20,824 nt of DNA from Pedosphaera sp. (GTDB lineage Bacteria > Verrucomicrobiota > Verrucomicrobiia > Limisphaerales > SIBH01): the NCBI GenBank assembly GCA_031414955.1, contig JANOQV010000069.1, positions 1 through 20,824 on the forward strand, in the 5' to 3' direction. Within the stretch, counting starts at the first letter, position 1. Each line of letters begins with the position of its first letter. Both the position numbers and the translations under genes were made by a program. The notes beneath the pieces are model-generated. The model ran no database searches. It saw only the letters and a program-made list of their open reading frames with translations, and was not told the origin of the DNA. Positions 19,105 to 20,824 of the stretch are shown here, in pieces.

Positions 19105-20702
19105 GCCAGGCCAACGAAGGCGAGCCGACTTTGCCACTGGAGGAAGCCCTTGCCTTGGGCGTGCAACAGCATCGTTCCGGACGGCTGTCCGAGGCGGAGC
19201 AACTCTACCGGCAAATTCTGCAAGCCGTTCCCGAGCAGCCCGACGCACTGCACTTTCTGGGATTGCTCCTGCATCAATCCGGCCAGAGCGACGCGGCGAT
19301 TGAATTCATCCGCCGGGCCATCGCCGCCGCGCCCAAGCATGTGGATGCGCATAACAACCTCGGCAATGTGCTCAAGGAGCGGCACCGCCTCGACGAGGCG
19401 GAGACGGCCTTCCGACAGGCTCTCGCCCTCGCTCCAGCCCATGTGGCCGCGCTGAACAACCTCGGCGTGGTCCTCCGGGAAAAAGGCCGGCTCGACGAGG
19501 CCGTGACTGCCTACACGCAAGCCCTCCGGTGGCAGCCCGATTTTCTGGACGCGCACTTTAACCTTGCCCATGCGCTGGCCGACCAAGGCCGCGTGGTCGA
19601 GGCGGCGGCGGCGTGCCAGGCCGTGCTCGCCCTGGCCCCGGCGCATGTCGGAGCTCATTTCCAACTGGGCCGGCTTCATCGCCGCCAAGGTCGAAAAACC
19701 GAAGCCCTGGCCGCCTTTCGCCAGGCCATTCTCGGTCAGCCCCGTTATGCGCCCGCCCATTTTCAGTTGGCCAACACCCTGATGGAGGGCGGTCTGCTTC
19801 AGGACGCCGACGAAGCCGTGGCCGCCTATCGTCGAGTCATCGAGTACGACCCGCGACTCAGCAAGGCTCACGAAAAATTGGGCAACCTGCTTAACCTGCT
19901 CGGGCGCGGCGAGCAAGCGGCGAGGGTCTGGCAATACTGGCTCCAGTGTGAGCCGGACCATCCCATCGCCCGGCACATGACCGCCGCCACCTCCGGGCTT
20001 CGACCCGCCCGCGCGGAGGACGGGTACGTCACGCAAGTTTTCGATGATTTCGCCGCCACCTTCGATGAGCGGCTCCAGCAACTGCACTACCGCGCGCCTG
20101 AGTTGGTGGCCGAGGAAGTGGCCCGCGAACTGGGCCGGCCCGCCGGCCATCTGGCCGTGCTGGATGCTGGTTGCGGCACCGGACTCTGCGGCCCTGGGCT
20201 GCGACCCTATGCCCGCCGGTTGGAGGGGGTCGATCTCTCCACCGGCATGTTGGAATTGGCGCGGGCGCGGGGCGGCTACGATGAACTGGTGGCCGCCGAG
20301 TTGACGGCCTTTCTGAGTCGCACGCCGGGGCACTACGACCTGATTGCCTCGGCGGACACGCTGGTCTATTTCGGCGACCTGCGGCCGATCCTGGCCGCGT
20401 CGCGCCACGCGCTGCGGCCCGGCGGCTGTCTGGTTTTCACCGTGGAACGCCTGGCGGAGGAGGGGGCCGGGGCCGGCTTCCAACTCCACGCCATGGGGCG
20501 CTACCGCCACGGCGCGGAGCATGTGCGGAAATGTTTGTCCGACGCGGGGTTGGCGCTGCGCCGTCTGGAGTGCGCCGAACTGAGGATGGAAGCGGGAACT
20601 CCTGTGCCTGGTTTCGTGGTCGTGGCCCGCCGCAATCCGGAGGACGCGCCATCGGCGCCGCCTCCCCTCGCCGTGGCTGAAGCAAGCGAGGGGCACCGCT
20701 AA
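19101..20702 (+). CDS. TPR-repeat protein with C-terminal class I SAM-dependent methyltransferase (COG4976-like)
   Basis: Multiple TPR units ('DALHFLG', 'DAHNNLG', 'AALNNLG', 'DAHFNLA', 'AHFQLG', 'AHFQLA', 'AHEKLG'); 'YVTQVFDDFAATFDERL..L.YRAPELV'; SAM motif I 'VLDAGCGTG' (20157-20183); 'GVDLS..ML', 'ADTLVYFGDL', 'GRYRH'. Confidence 0.92.
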   Translation: MSQANEGEPTLPLEEALALGVQQHRSGRLSEAEQLYRQILQAVPEQPDALHFLGLLLHQSGQSDAAIEFIRRAIAAAPKHVDAHNNLGNVLKERHRLDEAETAFRQALALAPAHVAALNNLGVVLREKGRLDEAVTAYTQALRWQPDFLDAHFNLAHALADQGRVVEAAAACQAVLALAPAHVGAHFQLGRLHRRQGRKTEALAAFRQAILGQPRYAPAHFQLANTLMEGGLLQDADEAVAAYRRVIEYDPRLSKAHEKLGNLLNLLGRGEQAARVWQYWLQCEPDHPIARHMTAATSGLRPARAEDGYVTQVFDDFAATFDERLQQLHYRAPELVAEEVARELGRPAGHLAVLDAGCGTGLCGPGLRPYARRLEGVDLSTGMLELARARGGYDELVAAELTAFLSRTPGHYDLIASADTLVYFGDLRPILAASRHALRPGGCLVFTVERLAEEGAGAGFQLHAMGRYRHGAEHVRKCLSDAGLALRRLECAELRMEAGTPVPGFVVVARRNPEDAPSAPPPLAVAEASEGHR

Positions 20703-20742
20703 CTGCACCTTTAAGAGCCGGTCTGAAAATTCGGCCCCGGAG

Positions 20743-20762
20743 TGCGCCCGTCCTCGGGCGCA
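20743..20762. other. Short GC-rich hairpin downstream of the TPR-methyltransferase
   Basis: TGCGCCCG-TCCT-CGGGCGCA, a perfect 8-bp stem. There is no U-tract, so a terminator role is unproven. Confidence 0.4.
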
Positions 20763-20824
20763 GCCAGGTGATGACGCCGAGCGCGTTGGAGAAATCCACA
20801 CCGGCCGCCTTTTCCACGTTGCTG

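Noticed and set aside
18070..20801. Antisense ORFs 18070..19248 (392 aa) and 18882..20801 (639 aa)
   Set aside because: They overlap motif-rich plus-strand genes and have shadow-like composition.
20703..20824. Possible 3' end of a convergent gene entering from the right edge
   Set aside because: Too little sequence to identify a frame or product.

Overview
High-GC bacterial window, probably from Verrucomicrobiota. The lineage is inferred from the C-terminal 'FYR' domain of the M36 protease and the mostly SD-less, A/C-rich leaders. Left half (217-10951): an intact, co-oriented type VI secretion block, tssA-tssB-tssC-hcp-tagJ-tssE-tssF-tssG-clpV, with gene order and sequence closely resembling the Pseudomonas aeruginosa H1-T6SS (subtype i3). 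vgrG, PAAR and tssJKLM are not in the window. Next is a TetA-family MFS transporter interrupted by one in-frame TAG (11901-11903), then a large multidomain fungalysin (M36) metalloprotease. The right end (16905-20702) is the least explained part, a divergent four-gene module. On the minus strand it encodes a small zinc-ribbon protein with an unknown C-terminal domain and a protein with a eukaryote-like RGS (regulator of G-protein signalling) motif pattern. On the plus strand it encodes a zinc-finger/YkgJ-like CxxCxxxCC protein translationally coupled to a TPR + SAM methyltransferase. All family calls come from motif recognition by eye; no searches were run.
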